This document shows, piece by piece, positions 36,548 through 49,380 of a DNA stretch of 64,000 nucleotides (positions within the stretch are counted from its first letter, which is position 1; every line of letters begins with the position of its first letter). Origin of the DNA: Lama guanicoe (taxonomy: Eukaryota); assembly GCA_013239625.1 (NCBI GenBank), contig MU053934.1:713285-777284 (forward strand), written 5' to 3'. The translations under genes were made by a program, and so were the position numbers. Under the pieces are notes generated by a model. That model saw only the letters and a program-made list of their open reading frames with translations, did not search any database and was not told the DNA's origin.

Positions 36548-36822
36548 GGTGCCGGCCAATTCAGTTCCTGGTGAAAACTCTCTTCCTGGTTTTCAGAGGG
36601 CCATTGTCTCTTTGTGTCCTCACGTGGCTGAGAGTGATCTTTCTTCCTCTTTTTATAAAGCCACTAATCCCACCTTCATGATGGGCCCCATCCTCATGAC
36701 CTCATCTAACCCTAATCACCTCCAAAAGTCCACCTCCAAATACCATCCCATTGGTGGGGAGTTGGGAGTTCCAACTTCAACATACAAATTTGTGAGGGAG
36801 GAATACAATTCAGTTCATAACA
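36439..36822 (-). mobile_element. MaLR LTR (MLT1A-like)
   Basis: tgtattagtc...atttatttctcacagtcctggaggctgggaagtccaag...ctcatgacctcatctaaccctaatcacctcc...attcagttcataaca. Confidence 0.9.
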
Positions 36823-38182
36823 TAGATCAGGTCTTTCTTGTCCTTCCAATCTTGGTTCAGATGTCAACTCCTTCAGAAAGCCTTTCCAATTCCCTCAACA
36901 TGAGTTGAGTTCCTTCTCTGCAAATATGTCTTATACCACACATCACACTGCTCCACTGCAGACACATTATTTGTTCTCTTCCTCATTAGACTGTGAATCC
37001 CTTGAGAGGAGGGCCCTGTCCTTTGTTCCTATTCCCAGTGAACATAACATGTAGTAAGTGTTCAATAAAAGATTCAATGAGAGCAGGAGACAAGCAATTA
37101 CTTTGAAGAGAAAAGCACAGCAGATGAGATGACAGCCCACTTCTTGAATGGGCGTTATGGTCGTCGGCTTACACCCCAAGCACCAGGAGGGCAGCTTTGG
37201 AAGGAGGTGATCACTAACCAACCTTCTAACCTGGGCAGTGGAGGAAACGAGCTCTTACGTCTGTTCAGTGGGACCTTGACTTTTCAGCCAGTGTGTTCAG
37301 TTTCATCCCTGTATAATCACTTTTTCTTTTGAATCCACCAATTTAGGTCAAAGCTTATCTCTGAACTCAGGAAAGCAGATCCTGGGGGCAGAGCCTCTGT
37401 GAGTAACTATGCATAGATCAGGACGGGAGAACCCTTTGTTCGCAAATCCCCTACAGCTCACAACTTTTTGTTCTTCTCATTCTTTCTCTAACAAGCCTAC
37501 ATCTTCAGGCAATGTGGATGCTCCTAATAGGCAGAGAGGAAACTCACAGACTCCAAGTTGGGAAAAGAGATGGTCTATTTGCTGCTTTGTCCTGGCATAT
37601 AATAGTTACTTAGTAAATATTTATTTAGTGAATGAATGACTAAACATTTTCTCCCTCTGTTTTTTTCCTGAGCAGAATTTTGCATTTCCCCTTCCCCAAG
37701 AATATTATCAAGGTTTGCCTAGGAATTCCTTTCACCCCACACCAAATAAGGGGGAGTTTCAGGGGTTCCGGGGGCATATCCTTTAGACCCGGAAGCATTT
37801 TGCTTTGTGGATGGCACTCTCTCAAAGTACGGTTAGTAACTGAGCCTAGACTCCTTTCTTCGGGACCAATTACTTGTACACATCCCAATTCCATACTGGA
37901 GTCCATGGTCCTACCTCTTTGGGGACCCATATTCCTCTTGGTGACTCCAGGTGTTTTCAGCCACCACTCTTGTACACTGGAAGGTTCCGAAGGGTCCCTT
38001 CAAGAACTAAACCTCTGGAACCCTGCAGTCCAAGTCACTCCACACCCCAGTCTCTGTGATTTGACTCCCTGCTGCACTGTCTTCCCAGTGTTCTGGGGCG
38101 TTAGGGGTAGTGGTGTTCAGTTTCTCCCTGAATGTTTCTGTTATGTTTCTGCCTCTTGCCTGGGCACACCCCATCAGACTCC

Positions 38183-38228
38183 GTGTGTGCGTGCGTGTGT
38201 GTGCGTGTATGTGCGTGTATGTGTGTGT
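38183..38228 (+). repeat. Compound (GT)n/(GCGT)n microsatellite
   Basis: gtgtgtgcgtgcgtgtgtgtgcgtgtatgtgcgtgtatgtgtgtgt read directly. Confidence 0.9.
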
Positions 38229-38244
38229 AATTCTCTGTGGGCTA

Positions 38245-38400
38245 CAGCCGTGTTTCTCAGTCCTGGTTTGTGTCAGAATCACCTGGCAGCTCTTGCAGAA
38301 TACCAGTGCTGCCTGGGTCCCGACTCAGGCCATTTGAATTAGAGTCTCAGGGAAAGGAGACCAGGGATTGGTGTTTAAAAAAACAAAATTCTCTGTATCA
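38245..38400. mobile_element. MER5-like hAT MITE fragment
   Basis: tttctcag...tcagaatcacctgg...tgcctgggtccc...tgaattagagtctc. Confidence 0.6.
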
Positions 38401-39450
38401 GTGTGACATAAATTGGAGTCCCTAGTACAGCCACCAGTATTACCCAGAAGCTTGTAAGAAATATAGATTCACAGGCTCCACCCCAGGTCTCCTGATTCAG
38501 AGTCAGGGAGAGGGGTGAGGGAGAAGGGGGAGAACCACTGGGGTCTAGACTGAGTTTGTGGGCTCCCGGGTTCCACTGCCCCTCTATACTTGGAATTTCA
38601 GGCAGGCTGCCAAGCTTCCTGAACACGAGCCAGGGAGTGGGTTTCCCACCACTGGCTGTATTTCCTTGTCCAGTGTTCCCTAGCAAGCCATGGTTCCCAT
38701 TTCGCACACTCGCTTATTCAAGTCTCTGTAATTCCACACCACATCAGTTAGTTTGGATGTGCCAAATTTTTTCTAAAATTAGCTACATATTAAATAATTC
38801 TCCTGAGGCCTCATCTCCCAAAGCAGAGAACCATGGGTGGTCCAGTTTCCCATGTGGACATGGCAAGACAAGGAGCAAAACCAGTGGCGTTGTTCTTGAG
38901 GGCGTTGCAGGATGCACCAGGAACGCCCAGGGCTGACACCGCCAGTGTCTTCTGCTCTAGGAAAAGCGACCCCAGCCTCAGCTGGGATCAGCTGAATCTC
39001 TCCAGCAGATGGGTGGTTCAGAGGCAGGCATGGATTTCTTCCTGGCTCGAGTGTGGTCTGCATCAGGCTTCACAACCTGAAACTGGAGTGGAGTGAGTTT
39101 CAGCGTAGACCATCCTGCATGACAAGGAAATCCACCAAGTAGGGAGTACTTTGCTGCCATGCTCTCTCTTTCTTGGACTCATGTGGGGCCTCTGCATATC
39201 CTTTGTCGTGGTGGCAGCCTCAGAATGACCTCATGCTATTGCTGGTCTGGGGAGTTGTAATCAGCCCTGTGGGGGCAGGGGAGCACTGCTCACAGATTCC
39301 TAAGAGTCCCAGACGTGCCCCCTGGATTGAGGAGCTGCATGTTCACTCACGCTGCTGCTGGAGCTTCTTTACTTTTCCAAGACTATTCTTATCATCCATG
39401 TGTCTCCGCATTGGGTGGATCCGATCCAGTAATCAAAGTATCATGTTTCT

Positions 39451-39544
39451 TTGTTTGTTTGTTCCTTTATGGAGGAACTGGGGATTGAACCCAGGACCTC
39501 GCGTATGCTAAGCACATGCTCTCCCACTGAGCTGTATCTCACGC
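39451..39544 (-). mobile_element. vic-1-type camelid SINE
   Basis: ggaggaactggggattgaacccaggacctcgcgtatgctaagcacatgctctcccactgagctgtat, preceded by a (TTTG)n tail. Confidence 0.9.
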
Positions 39545-39571
39545 TGGAAGTCTGGTATTAAGCTCCTTCAC

Positions 39572-39702
39572 TTTTGTGTGTGTGTGTTGTGGGGGGTAGT
39601 TAGGTTTATTTATTTACTTGTTTCTGAATGGAGGTACTGGGGACTGAACCCAGGACCTCGTGCATGTTAGGCAGGCGCTCTACCCTGAGCTACACCCTCC
39701 CC
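39572..39702 (-). mobile_element. vic-1-type camelid SINE
   Basis: ggggggtagttaggtttatttattt...ggaggtactggggactgaacccaggacctcg...ctgagctacaccctcccc. GCTCCTTC on both flanks (39562-39569, 39706-39713). Confidence 0.9.
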
Positions 39703-39974
39703 TGCGCTCCTTCTTTAGGTCTGATACTTCATTCCTTGATTTTTCAGAGCGCCGCCCTTCTCCTGTTTCTCTGCAAGTTGAGTAATCTGAGTAAAAAGGG
39801 AGAGGATGTCTTAGGTGACCTTCAAGAGGTGACGGGCAGGAGGGAGACAGGGCCTTTGAATTCATCTCAAATCTTTGGGCTCCTTGCTGGTAATTGCTGC
39901 AGGGAGGCGGGTCGGAGTGTCTCCACGGACGTGCAGAGCCCTGAGGCACACTTTGTCTGATGCCATCTGTTTTG

Positions 39975-40915
39975 TGTTTTTAATAAACTTTTAATTTTAG
40001 AACAGTTTTCGATTTACAGAATTATTGCAGAGATAGTACAGAAAGTTCCCATACACGGCACATCCCGTTCCCTCTATTTTTAACATCTTACATTAGTTTG
40101 GTGCATTTGTCACAATTAAGAAACCAATTCTGATACATTATTATTAACTAAAGTCCAGAGTTTGTTCGGATTTCCTCAGTTTCCCCCAGTGTCCTCTTTC
40201 TGTTCCAGGGTCCCACCCAGGACACCACATTATGTCTAGTCATCATGTCTCCATAGGCCCCTCTAGGCAGTGACGTTTTCTCAGACTTTCCTTGTTTTTA
40301 ATGACCTTGGCAGTTTGGAGCAGTATTGGTCAGATGTTTTGTAGACTGTCCCCAGCTGGGATTCATCCCATGTGCTTTCGTGATTAGACTGGGGTTATGG
40401 GTTTGGGGGAGGAAGATCCCAGAGGTAAAGTGTCATTTTTTATCATTTCACATCAAGGGGACACACTGTCAATGTAACTTGTTGCTGTCGATGTTGACCT
40501 TGATCATCTATCCAAGGTCACGTATGCCAGGCTTCTCCACTGTAAACTTAACCCCTCCACCTTCCATACTGTCCTCTTTGGAAGGAAGTCACTATGCACA
40601 GCTGGCACTTAAAGAGTGGGAAATCATGCTCCACCTGTTTGAGGGTGGAGTGTTTCCGAATATCATTTGAAATTTGTCTGCATGGCAGAATTTTTCCTCT
40701 TTTCTCCCATTTACTTCTTCTCTCAGCGATTTGTATAGACTCATGGCCATTTACGTTATAGTTTGGGTTATAATCGGACAGGACTGTGTTCTGTTGCTCA
40801 GGCTGTTCCAGCTCCCACCATTGGGAGCTCGTTCCGTGGCTCCTGCATTCATTTGACATGCTCATTATTGTGTTCTTTGCTGGCTTTTGTTTGTTTGTTT
40901 TTCTTTGTTTTTTGG
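39975..40915 (-). mobile_element. Old L1 3' UTR (L1MC-like)
   Basis: ttttaattttagaacagttttcgatttacagaattattg...acattattattaactaaagtcc...ggaaggaagtcactatgcacagc...attgggagctc. Confidence 0.85.
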
Positions 40916-42119
40916 TGCTGTTTTTATGGGTTGATATGTGGGCTGACACTGCTGGAGTCCGTGGTCCTGCTTATCTGCTTCTGCGGTCGCTTCGCTCCAC
41001 TGCTAGGCTGCTGCTCTGCTGTTTCCCCGGGCAACTCTGTGCCCTCCCCCTGGAGCGTGTAGGGTGCGTTCCTGGTCCCTTGGCCACAGGTGCAGGCCAC
41101 GGAGGCCCAGGAGTACTTCCTCCACCTCTCCACTCCCATGGCCACGTTGGTACCTTTGCCTCTATGCCACTTGAGTATGACACGGAGCTGAAGATGGAAT
41201 TTGGGCAGCTGCAGCATCTCCCACCATCTTCCTCCAGGGTTTCCTAGCATGTGATGGTTGGAGGTAAGCCCCTCTGAGATCCCTTCTGCTCTGAGTTGAA
41301 AACTAGTTTGCAGGTGAATAGACTTGTCTATTGGGATGAAGTTTGTCTGCATTCAGATACTAGGTTGGTCACTTTTTAGCTGTGTGGTCTTGGGCAAATT
41401 ATTCATTCTTTCTCAGGTTCTGGTTGTTAATCACTAACATGGGCTTAAAATGCCTGAGGTAAAATTTAGAATTAGGTTTTGCTATTTAGGACAGAAAAGC
41501 CCAGATACCACTGACTTAAGTAAAGTTAAGGAAAAGAGGCTGAGAAATGTTCTCTTTGCTCCCCTTCACCTGATGATCAGGGCAGGCGCTGTCACCAAAG
41601 AAGAACATTATGTGACAGTCGTCAGTGTCCGCCCTGTCCGTGGCAGGGTGCCCTGAGGGTGAGAAAGAACGTATGTCAACTGCCTGAGTATAGTAGGTGC
41701 TCTTTCCTTATTTTACAGTAATTTGTGAGGAGGTAGGACTTCAATATGGCAATAGGGAGGGACTGGGTTAGACCAGAGTCTCCTTAAGAAGGACTTCCTA
41801 TGGTGAATAGAATATGAATTTTAACTTCTATTAGTCAGCAGTAATCAGAAGAGCGTTGTAAGACAGAACGGGGGAAAACAGGAAGAGAACGGTAATGTGA
41901 TGTGCTCACTGCTTGATCTGTGTTATCTCATTCAGTTCTCACAACTGTCTCATGAGATAAATGGCTCTATTTTACTCTACTTTACCAATGAAGAAAATGA
42001 GACCTTGGACAGTTAACTGATCCGCCCCGTGGTCAGGTGACTCCTAAACGTTCAGGATTTACACTCAAGGACGTCAGGCTTTGAAGCCTGTGGTTCCAAG
42101 CACTAGGCTGTATTAGCCA

Positions 42120-42475
42120 ACCATTCGTTCACGTGATGCGTGTTTGCTGAACTCCTCCTTCATGCCAGGCATTATTTGGGGCTTTGTGGTATCACGGTGA
42201 ACAGCACAGACAAGCTATCTGCTTCCACCCACGCATATCCAAGTGGAGGAAACAGAAGTTAAGTAAGGGGAGCCGTAAATAAACAAAACAATCGCAGGCA
42301 GTGATGAACGCCCTGAAGGAAACAGAACAATTAGGGGATGACTTTTTTGGGATCGGAGGGTTTTTGAGAGAGGGTGGTCCAGGAAGTCTACACTGAGCTG
42401 AGAATGGAATGGTGAGAAGGAGCCAAACAAATGACGATTTGGAGGAAAGAGATTCAGGGAGAGGAAGCCCCACAT
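42120..42475 (-). mobile_element. L2 3' fragment (CpG-enriched)
   Basis: cattcgttc...tgccaggcattatttggggc...ggtgaacagcacagac...gagctgagaatggaatggtgagaaggagcc. Confidence 0.7.
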
Positions 42476-42485
42476 TCCAGGGAAG

Positions 42486-42747
42486 TTTTTTTTTTTTATT
42501 AAATTAAATTAAATTAACTAATTTTTAACATTTTTAACGGAAGTATAGTTGATTTACAATGTTGCATTAATTTCCGGTGTACATCAGAGTGATTCGGTTA
42601 GACATACATACACAGATTCTTTCTCATATTCTTTTCCGTGACAGGTTACTACAAGCCGTTGAGTACAGTTCCCTGTGTGTACAGCACAGTAGGACCTCGT
42701 CGTGTATCTGTTCTGTACAGTAGTAGTCGTGCCTGCCAGTCCCAAAC
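42486..42747 (-). mobile_element. Cetartiodactyl L1 3' end (CpG-enriched)
   Basis: Poly-T, gaagtatagttgatttacaatg...cagttccctgtg...cagtaggacc; homologous to 7701-7895. Confidence 0.9.
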
Positions 42748-44150
42748 AAGCACCTGGCTGGTTTGAGAGTGGAGCTGGACTCGGCTTTGGGGAAGATGGC
42801 CGGAGGGTGAAGTTCTCCCAGCCACCCCCTGATCTTTAGTTATTACAGAAAAAAAAGTTGGAAGATTTACTCTTTTCTGGGGGGAGGGAGAAGGGCTCTG
42901 GAGAAGTGGGTCAGGAGAGCTCTCTGAACCAGTGCGGTGCTGTGTATTCCCGTGTTTATGTCTATGATTTTCTCTTTCTCTTGGTGTGTCGGGCATCGTT
43001 AGCCCACGTGACCGGCAGAGGCACGTCTCGCTCTGTTTGAGTCTGTGCCATTGCAGGTGGCCCTCGCGGGCTTCGTCATCAGTAAGAGACACATGCGTAC
43101 TCCGGGTGGGTGGCCTTTGTCCAGGCTGAACAAGGATCTGAGGTTGCTGCAGAGCATCAGAGGATGGAGGAGACAGGTCAGCTGTCACCACTGACAGTTA
43201 GGCACACCCCGCGTGCACGGCGCTGAACTCCATGAAGGGGGATGTGGAGAGGGCAGGCGCAGAACCACAGCTCCCACAAAATCGGGTGAAGCTGAAACCC
43301 ATCCAGTGATGCTATACAGGGAATAACACCACAACTGTTTGCTCCAGCATCTGACCCCCGAGGCTGGCTAGGAAGTTCAGGAGATGCATGGTCAAGGTTT
43401 TGCTCAGACAGTTGGATACTCCCTGGGTCTGGAACCCAGGACCAGGGTATGTGGTGAGAGAGGTGATGTGGCCCAAGAAAGAGCCAAGAATGATCCTTAG
43501 AAGACCTGCATCCAGCTGGACTCTGCTATGTTTTGTGCAATCTTGGGTCACGATGACGGAAAGGTTGCAAGAGGCAATTGAAAAGAAGAAGTGGACCAGA
43601 TTTAGGATGTGGGAGTTATCAGTTTCGGATGCTAGAGAGAGCGATGGGTCAGAAGTGAGCCGGTCAGAAAGGGCAGCCGACTTTAAAAATGTTGAGTTAG
43701 CAGCACCATTGAAGCACCAGGTTGCATTATGAGTTTAGGGAAAGAAGCCGGTTTATAAACGAAGCTTTGGGAATCTCATGGTGGGAGTTTCAGGTCAACA
43801 ATAAAGACTTTTGCAGCTAGTGAGCTGCAGGGAACCATTAAATCAGGCTTCTAAGGTGACGGCTTACTAACCTGCAACTCTGGCCAGCCCTGAAAAACTG
43901 AACAGGGCCAGGCACGGGCGGTAGGAGCTGCCGCGTTGGGGTTGCAAGGGACGTGGAGGCGCTCAGCTCTCTGCAGCGATGCGGGAAGTCACGTGCTCCT
44001 CTTGGTGACTCCTCCTCAGGCGCTGACCCCCCAACCCTTCTCACAGCCCATTTTTCTTGAGTGCTAAATGATGGAAGACAGACAATTAAGCCAGAGCCCC
44101 AGCACTTCATCTGCTGTTGGTTTCCTTAATTGTATTTCCTACACACACTT

Positions 44151-44214
44151 TTATAAATAGATTTAAGCAAGACACTATGTTCTTTAATGTGTGCATTTCT
44201 GTTGCCATGGAAAC
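44151..44214. promoter_or_regulatory. MEF2-consensus site plus canonical RFX X-box (candidate enhancer core)
   Basis: TTATAAATAG (44151-44160) fits YTAWWWWTAR; GTTGCCATGGAAAC at 44201-44214; unique sequence. Confidence 0.45.
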
Positions 44215-45009
44215 AGTTGCTTTTATCACCCCCCCACCCCCAGCCCAAAGTGTAGTCATAAAGTAGAACTTAGCACCTGTTTTTCCAGGCAGGTGAATTA
44301 TCTGCTAATCCTTGTTCTCTAAGAAGCTTTCCAGGAGTGGGTCGGAATAACCTGCCAATAGCATCGCTTTAAGAAAAGAATCAGGTGAGGGTCTGCGGTT
44401 TCCAGAAGATACAACCCATCCTTGCTAACCCTGTAAGTGAAAGCAACTCGTTCCATAGAGTCATGGGCTGTTGGAACTGGAGAGGGATCTCTAAAGATAC
44501 CATTCTCAATAACAATAATAATTAAAACCACCTTAGACTGTGCATTCAATGCATTAATTCGTTTCTAAAGGGATCCTTTAATTAAATCATTTGTTTGAAA
44601 ACGTTTACTGAACACTAACTAGTACGGAGTTGCTCAGACAGAGGTCATCATCTCAGAACATTGCAGACGCCTGTCACATGGAAGGGACTCAGCCATGTTT
44701 CTCTGGGAATGAATAAAACTGCTTCCTCCTCCAGCCAGTGGGGTATACAGACATTTAATGGGTTATAAGGTTTTACGCCACGTGCTGGAATATAAATACG
44801 TCCAAAGCATGATGGTGGCATAAAATGCGTGGGTCGTAGATCTACTTCCTCTATTTTTTTTTGCACGAAGTGTGAAAATTAAAAGCAGAGGATTAAAAGG
44901 AAAGACATTTGGTAACATCACCTGACTATTTAGTCACAGAACCAAGTCTAGGACCCAGGTTTCCTGAATCCCGGCCTGGCAGCCTCCTCCCACATCATGT
45001 TGACTCCCA

Positions 45010-45165
45010 GTGTTACCCAAGCTTCAGTAGGAATCAGCCAGGGACTTTGTGAATATGCCGATGCTGATTCAGTAGGTCTGGGCTGGGGTCTGAACGTCTG
45101 CATTTCTAACAAACACCAGGGTGATGCTGATGCTGGTCTGAAGACCACAATTTGATTTCTAAAGC
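45010..45165. mobile_element. MER5A-like MITE
   Basis: ctgattcagtaggtctgggctggggtctga...ctgcatttctaacaa...ggtgatgctgatgctg...gaccacaatttga. Confidence 0.8.
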
Positions 45166-45361
45166 TCTAAAACACCATTCTGCACCTTCAGAGGTACTGG
45201 ACCCCTTGGGGTGTCCGACTGCAGCTAAAGTTATTTGGTTGAAAACAACAGAAACTCTGATTAATACATATAGCATGGCAAAACACAAAATAATATAATC
45301 AGTTATGTAGAAGAATATATCATGGTCTGTATGAATCCACATATGTATATGTATGTATGTA

Positions 45362-45595
45362 GAGTTGACCCTTGAATAATGCTGGGGTTAGGGGAGCTGA
45401 CTCTTCACGCAGTCCAAAATCTGCATCTAACTTAAAATTGGTTCTCTGTGTATGAAGTTGTGGTCCCTCCATATCTGGTCCTGCATGCTTGGATTCGACA
45501 ACCCAGATTATGTACTATTGAAGTATTTGCTTTTGAAAAGATCCAAGGATAAGTGGACCCATGCAGTTCAACCCGCATTATTCAAGGCTCAACTG
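45362..45595 (+). mobile_element. TcMar-Tigger MITE (Tigger2a/MER8-like)
   Basis: TIRs GAGTTGACCCTTGAATAATGC / GCATTATTCAAGGCTCAACTG; TA on both flanks; ataagtggacccatgcagttcaa. Confidence 0.9.
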
Positions 45596-46114
45596 TATTC
45601 ATCTACGTAGGTGTGTGTATATATATTCATGTACATTATGTGTATAATAGGATGGTGCAAAGGAGCAGTGGAGCCTCCAATCATCAGAAAAGAAGATGAG
45701 CAAAGCAAACCCAGGGTCTGCCCGGGAAAACTTGAGGCAGCCCCTTAAGGGGACCGCTGTCAGGGTGATTATGTTCCAATCTCAGGGATATGTCCCTCTT
45801 ATTGAAGGCACAGTTTTCCAGGGAAGGGAGCCCCATTGATCTGGGTGAGTCCAGGGCTGGCCCCTCAGCTGGGGGAAGCTTGGGAACTTTGGAGGACAGT
45901 TCCATACTCACCAAAGGGAAATGGGAATTCGTGCTAGGCTGTCAGGAGAAACAGATGGCCAATAAAGACCGTATCTCCAAAAAAAAATGCACATACAGCT
46001 ACATATAATCAGCCGGCAACCCCACTTCTCACGTTTTTGATGGCCACCTGTGTGGTCCAGGCCATCCACGGACTGAGGGATCCCTGCATTTGCTTCCAAA
46101 GAGAGCTTCCTGTT

Positions 46115-46760
46115 CTCCACTGCCCCCTTCAGTCTGTCCCACACTCAGCAGATGGAGACTTGAAACCCACGTCGGATCATGTTAGATCTTTGCGCATAGC
46201 CCTCAGCTGGAATCCCAGTATTCTCAGCGAAATCGAAAGCAGAGTCCACACATTGCTCTACAAGATGCAACATGCCTCCCCACTACCCCCACCCAGCCCT
46301 GCCCTCACTCTCCCTGTCCTCCGCTCCTGCCCTCCTCCCCAGCACTCACCACACTCAGCCACCCTGGCCTCCGTCCCATCCCCTGAACATGCCAAGACTT
46401 TCTCATTTCAGGGTTTTTGCATTTGCTGTTTCTCTGCCTGGATTGCTGTCTCTCAGATGATCGCACTGCTCCTTCCCTTACTTTGTTTAGCTCTCTGCTT
46501 AAGGCTCACTTTCTCAAAAAGAGCTTCCAGCTCCTGTTACCAGAAAAAGTGACCTGCCAGCCGGCTCACTCTCTGGCCTCTTAGCTTTATTATTGACAGA
46601 AATGTGTATTTGTTTAATGTTTCTTCTCTCACAAGGATGTAAGCTGTACAAGGGCAGGGACATTTGTTTTCTCTTCTTGTAATTTTGTTAACCCAAGAGG
46701 TAGCAGAAAGAAGGTGTTGGCACTTGTCGGTAAGTAAGTATTGTGAGAAGAACGAATGAG
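46115..46760 (+). mobile_element. L2 LINE 3' fragment
   Basis: ggatcatgtt...cagccaccctggcctcc...cagggtttttgcatttgctgtttctctgcctgga...atgtaagctgtacaagggcaggga. Confidence 0.75.
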
Positions 46761-47214
46761 CATACATCTATTTACACACACACAAACACATTTTTGCCTG
46801 TGGTTTTAGGGGATTTACAGGCCTTCTGAAGCATGGGGGGGTCCATACCTCTTGGGTTAGAAAACTCTGCTGTGACCCAGGTATCTCTAACCCTGAGTGA
46901 AGGGGGTCTCAGTGATCCTGTGACCCACCACTCTCTTCGTCCTCTCCAGGTTGGCTTTCAGAGTAGGGCAATGGCATTGTGTTTTCCACCTTCGGGTAAC
47001 AAAATTGCAGTTACAGGAGAGTTACTATAAAAATAACAATAATTGACACCTGTCCAGGGCACAGAATGTGATATGTTAATAACAAAGTGGCTCTAATATC
47101 ATTTGATAGACAGGTAGACTAGGTGGACAATAACATAAAGCCCAGGTGTGCTAGCTAGAATGTACAGAGGGTAAAAGGGGCCACAGAGAAAAATAGCATC
47201 AAGGAAGGCGGATA

Positions 47215-47650
47215 GGCAGTACCATTGACTGAGAAGAGTTGCAGTGAGAAGTAGGATTTTCAGGGAAGAGCTCTCTGTTGGAACAGAAAGTTCCATGGAT
47301 ACAAAGAGATCTTGGGAAGACTGTTCCAGGAGGATGGAACAGGAAGTGCAAAGGCCCTGAGGCAGGAGTCTGGTTAGGGTGTTTGAGTCACAGCAAGGAA
47401 GTACACGTGGCTGGATGGAGGGAACAACAAGAGATGAGAAGGAAATGTAGTCAGACCAGAAAATGTAGGGCCTCGTGGGTCTTTGTAGGGGCTTTGGCTT
47501 TGCCTTGGAACAAGATGGGGTTCTTTGGAATTCTGCAAGCAGTGGAGTGGCATGATTCAACCTGTGTTTTTATAGGATTATATTGGCTGCTGTGTTGAAA
47601 GTACACTCTAGGGGGTGAGCAGGGAAATGGAGGGAGCATGAGGAAGCTCA
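47215..47650 (-). mobile_element. L2 LINE fragment
   Basis: gtgcaaaggccctgaggcagga...cagcaaggaa...gtggctgga...ctttggctttgccttgg...ttggctgctgtgttgaaa. Confidence 0.75.
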
Positions 47651-49380
47651 GTCATCATCACCAAATAAACAAAACCCATCTTTAGTCTCTCACCTGTCCT
47701 GGTGAATCTCACCCACAGCCAGTATCATGGGAACTTGTTAAGACTTCATTACTGACAATGAATTAAGTTAGCCTGGCAAGAGAGCTGTCATTCCCTCTGG
47801 GTGTGCCCCAAACGTCCCAGACAAAGAGATCCAGATGCCTGTTTGCTTCATCAAGGTGGGCTGGACCCTGGAGAGCTCTCTTAGCTGAGTTTTAGAATAA
47901 TCATCCTTCTGTAGATGTACAGCTGGCAACGAGCTGGGCGATAGGAAAAAAAAAATGTTGCTAAAATCAGGAACCACCCTGCAAATTGAAATCAGTTAAG
48001 TTCAGTCAATTGCTGACTGATTTTATGTTATGGGATTCAGATGCTCCAAGGCTCAGTCAATTGAAACCCTGTTTTGAAATGAGCCAGTTCTGGATGGATC
48101 TTCTGTTCTATTATTAAAAGAAATGGATCTGTTCAGAGTGTAACATACGTAACACTAAGAGCCCATTTGGTAGATGGACATGCTTGGTTTTTTTATCCCC
48201 GAAAACCTGAAACTAAATTCTAGAGAAAATCAGAGACCTGTAGATTTTTTAAGGCAAGTCATCTTCAATGTTGCAGGATGACCTTGTTTTTATTAATCCA
48301 GGAACTGAGACTCAGAGAGAGCCAGTAAATGGCCCAAGGTAGGCTAACTGATGTGGTGAAGACTCTCGAGATTTTGGCTTACTGCAGTCAAGTTGAAACT
48401 CTCACTCATATCACAGTCCAGCAAGGGCGGGCAGAGCTCTGCTCCATACAGTCCCTGGGGACCCAGGTTCCTTCTAGTTTGCGGCTCCTCCCTGCTACAA
48501 GTCCCCAGAGACATCTCCATTAAGGTGGAGAAAGAGTGTGAGGACCACGCCAAGGGCGTTTTTATGGGCTGGATGTAGCAGTTGACACGTATCACATTTG
48601 CTCATGTTTCACTATCCAGAACCCAGTTCTGTGGCTGCAGCTGGACAATGTTTTCTAACTCTGTGCCCCTGAAGAAGAGAGCGTGGATATTGTGAGCACC
48701 TGACATGCCCGCCAGAACCACATAGGTACGAAGAGGCAGAGCTGAGGCCTGAGCCATGAACAACAACAAAAGAGAGGAAGTGCCTAATGTATTTTTGATC
48801 CTTTCCTCCCCGCATTCTTCCTTCCCTCTTCGTCTCTCCTTTCCTTATTCCCCCCGCTACCCTACTTTCCACATCTTTCTTTCCTGGATACCTTATAAGC
48901 ATCTGCTAGATGTCAGAGGCGTGGGGAGATTCAAGCTGAAACCAGCATGGAGCCTCAAGGGCTTTTGGTCTAGTTTAAAGATAAGACGTAGATATAGGTA
49001 CTCAGCACAGAGGCAGACGTGATAAATGCTCCCAGAGTGGTGCACAGCGCTGTGGAGAGCATGAGTTGGAGGACCTGCAGAGGGCTGGGGTGAATTCTGA
49101 CAGCATCCTGTGCCCAGCTGCAGGCTGTTTGACCTTGACTTGCTCACCCTCTCCGAGTTCATTTCTACAGGTCTAAGATGAGGGCTATGAGACCCTCCGG
49201 GGGTAGCGTTGGGATGGAATGAGCATTTCCAGAGAGGCTCCGTAGTATGCAGTTACTCTGCATGCAGGCTGTCTTCTCCTTTGCCCAAGTCAGGACTAGA
49301 GATCCCCAGAGGAGGGGGAGGTAGCTTCCTCCTGGTGATGGGGAGAAGACTGCTGACACCGGTAGAATTTGAGCTGGATC

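Noticed and set aside
37680..38342. Longest ORF (220 aa)
   Set aside because: Non-ATG start, runs through a GT microsatellite and a MER5 fragment, and has no recognisable domain.
40920..41250. GC-rich stretch next to a T-rich run, possible processed pseudogene or exon
   Set aside because: The T-rich run fits the adjoining L1MC sequence, there is no TSD, and no frame resembles a known protein.
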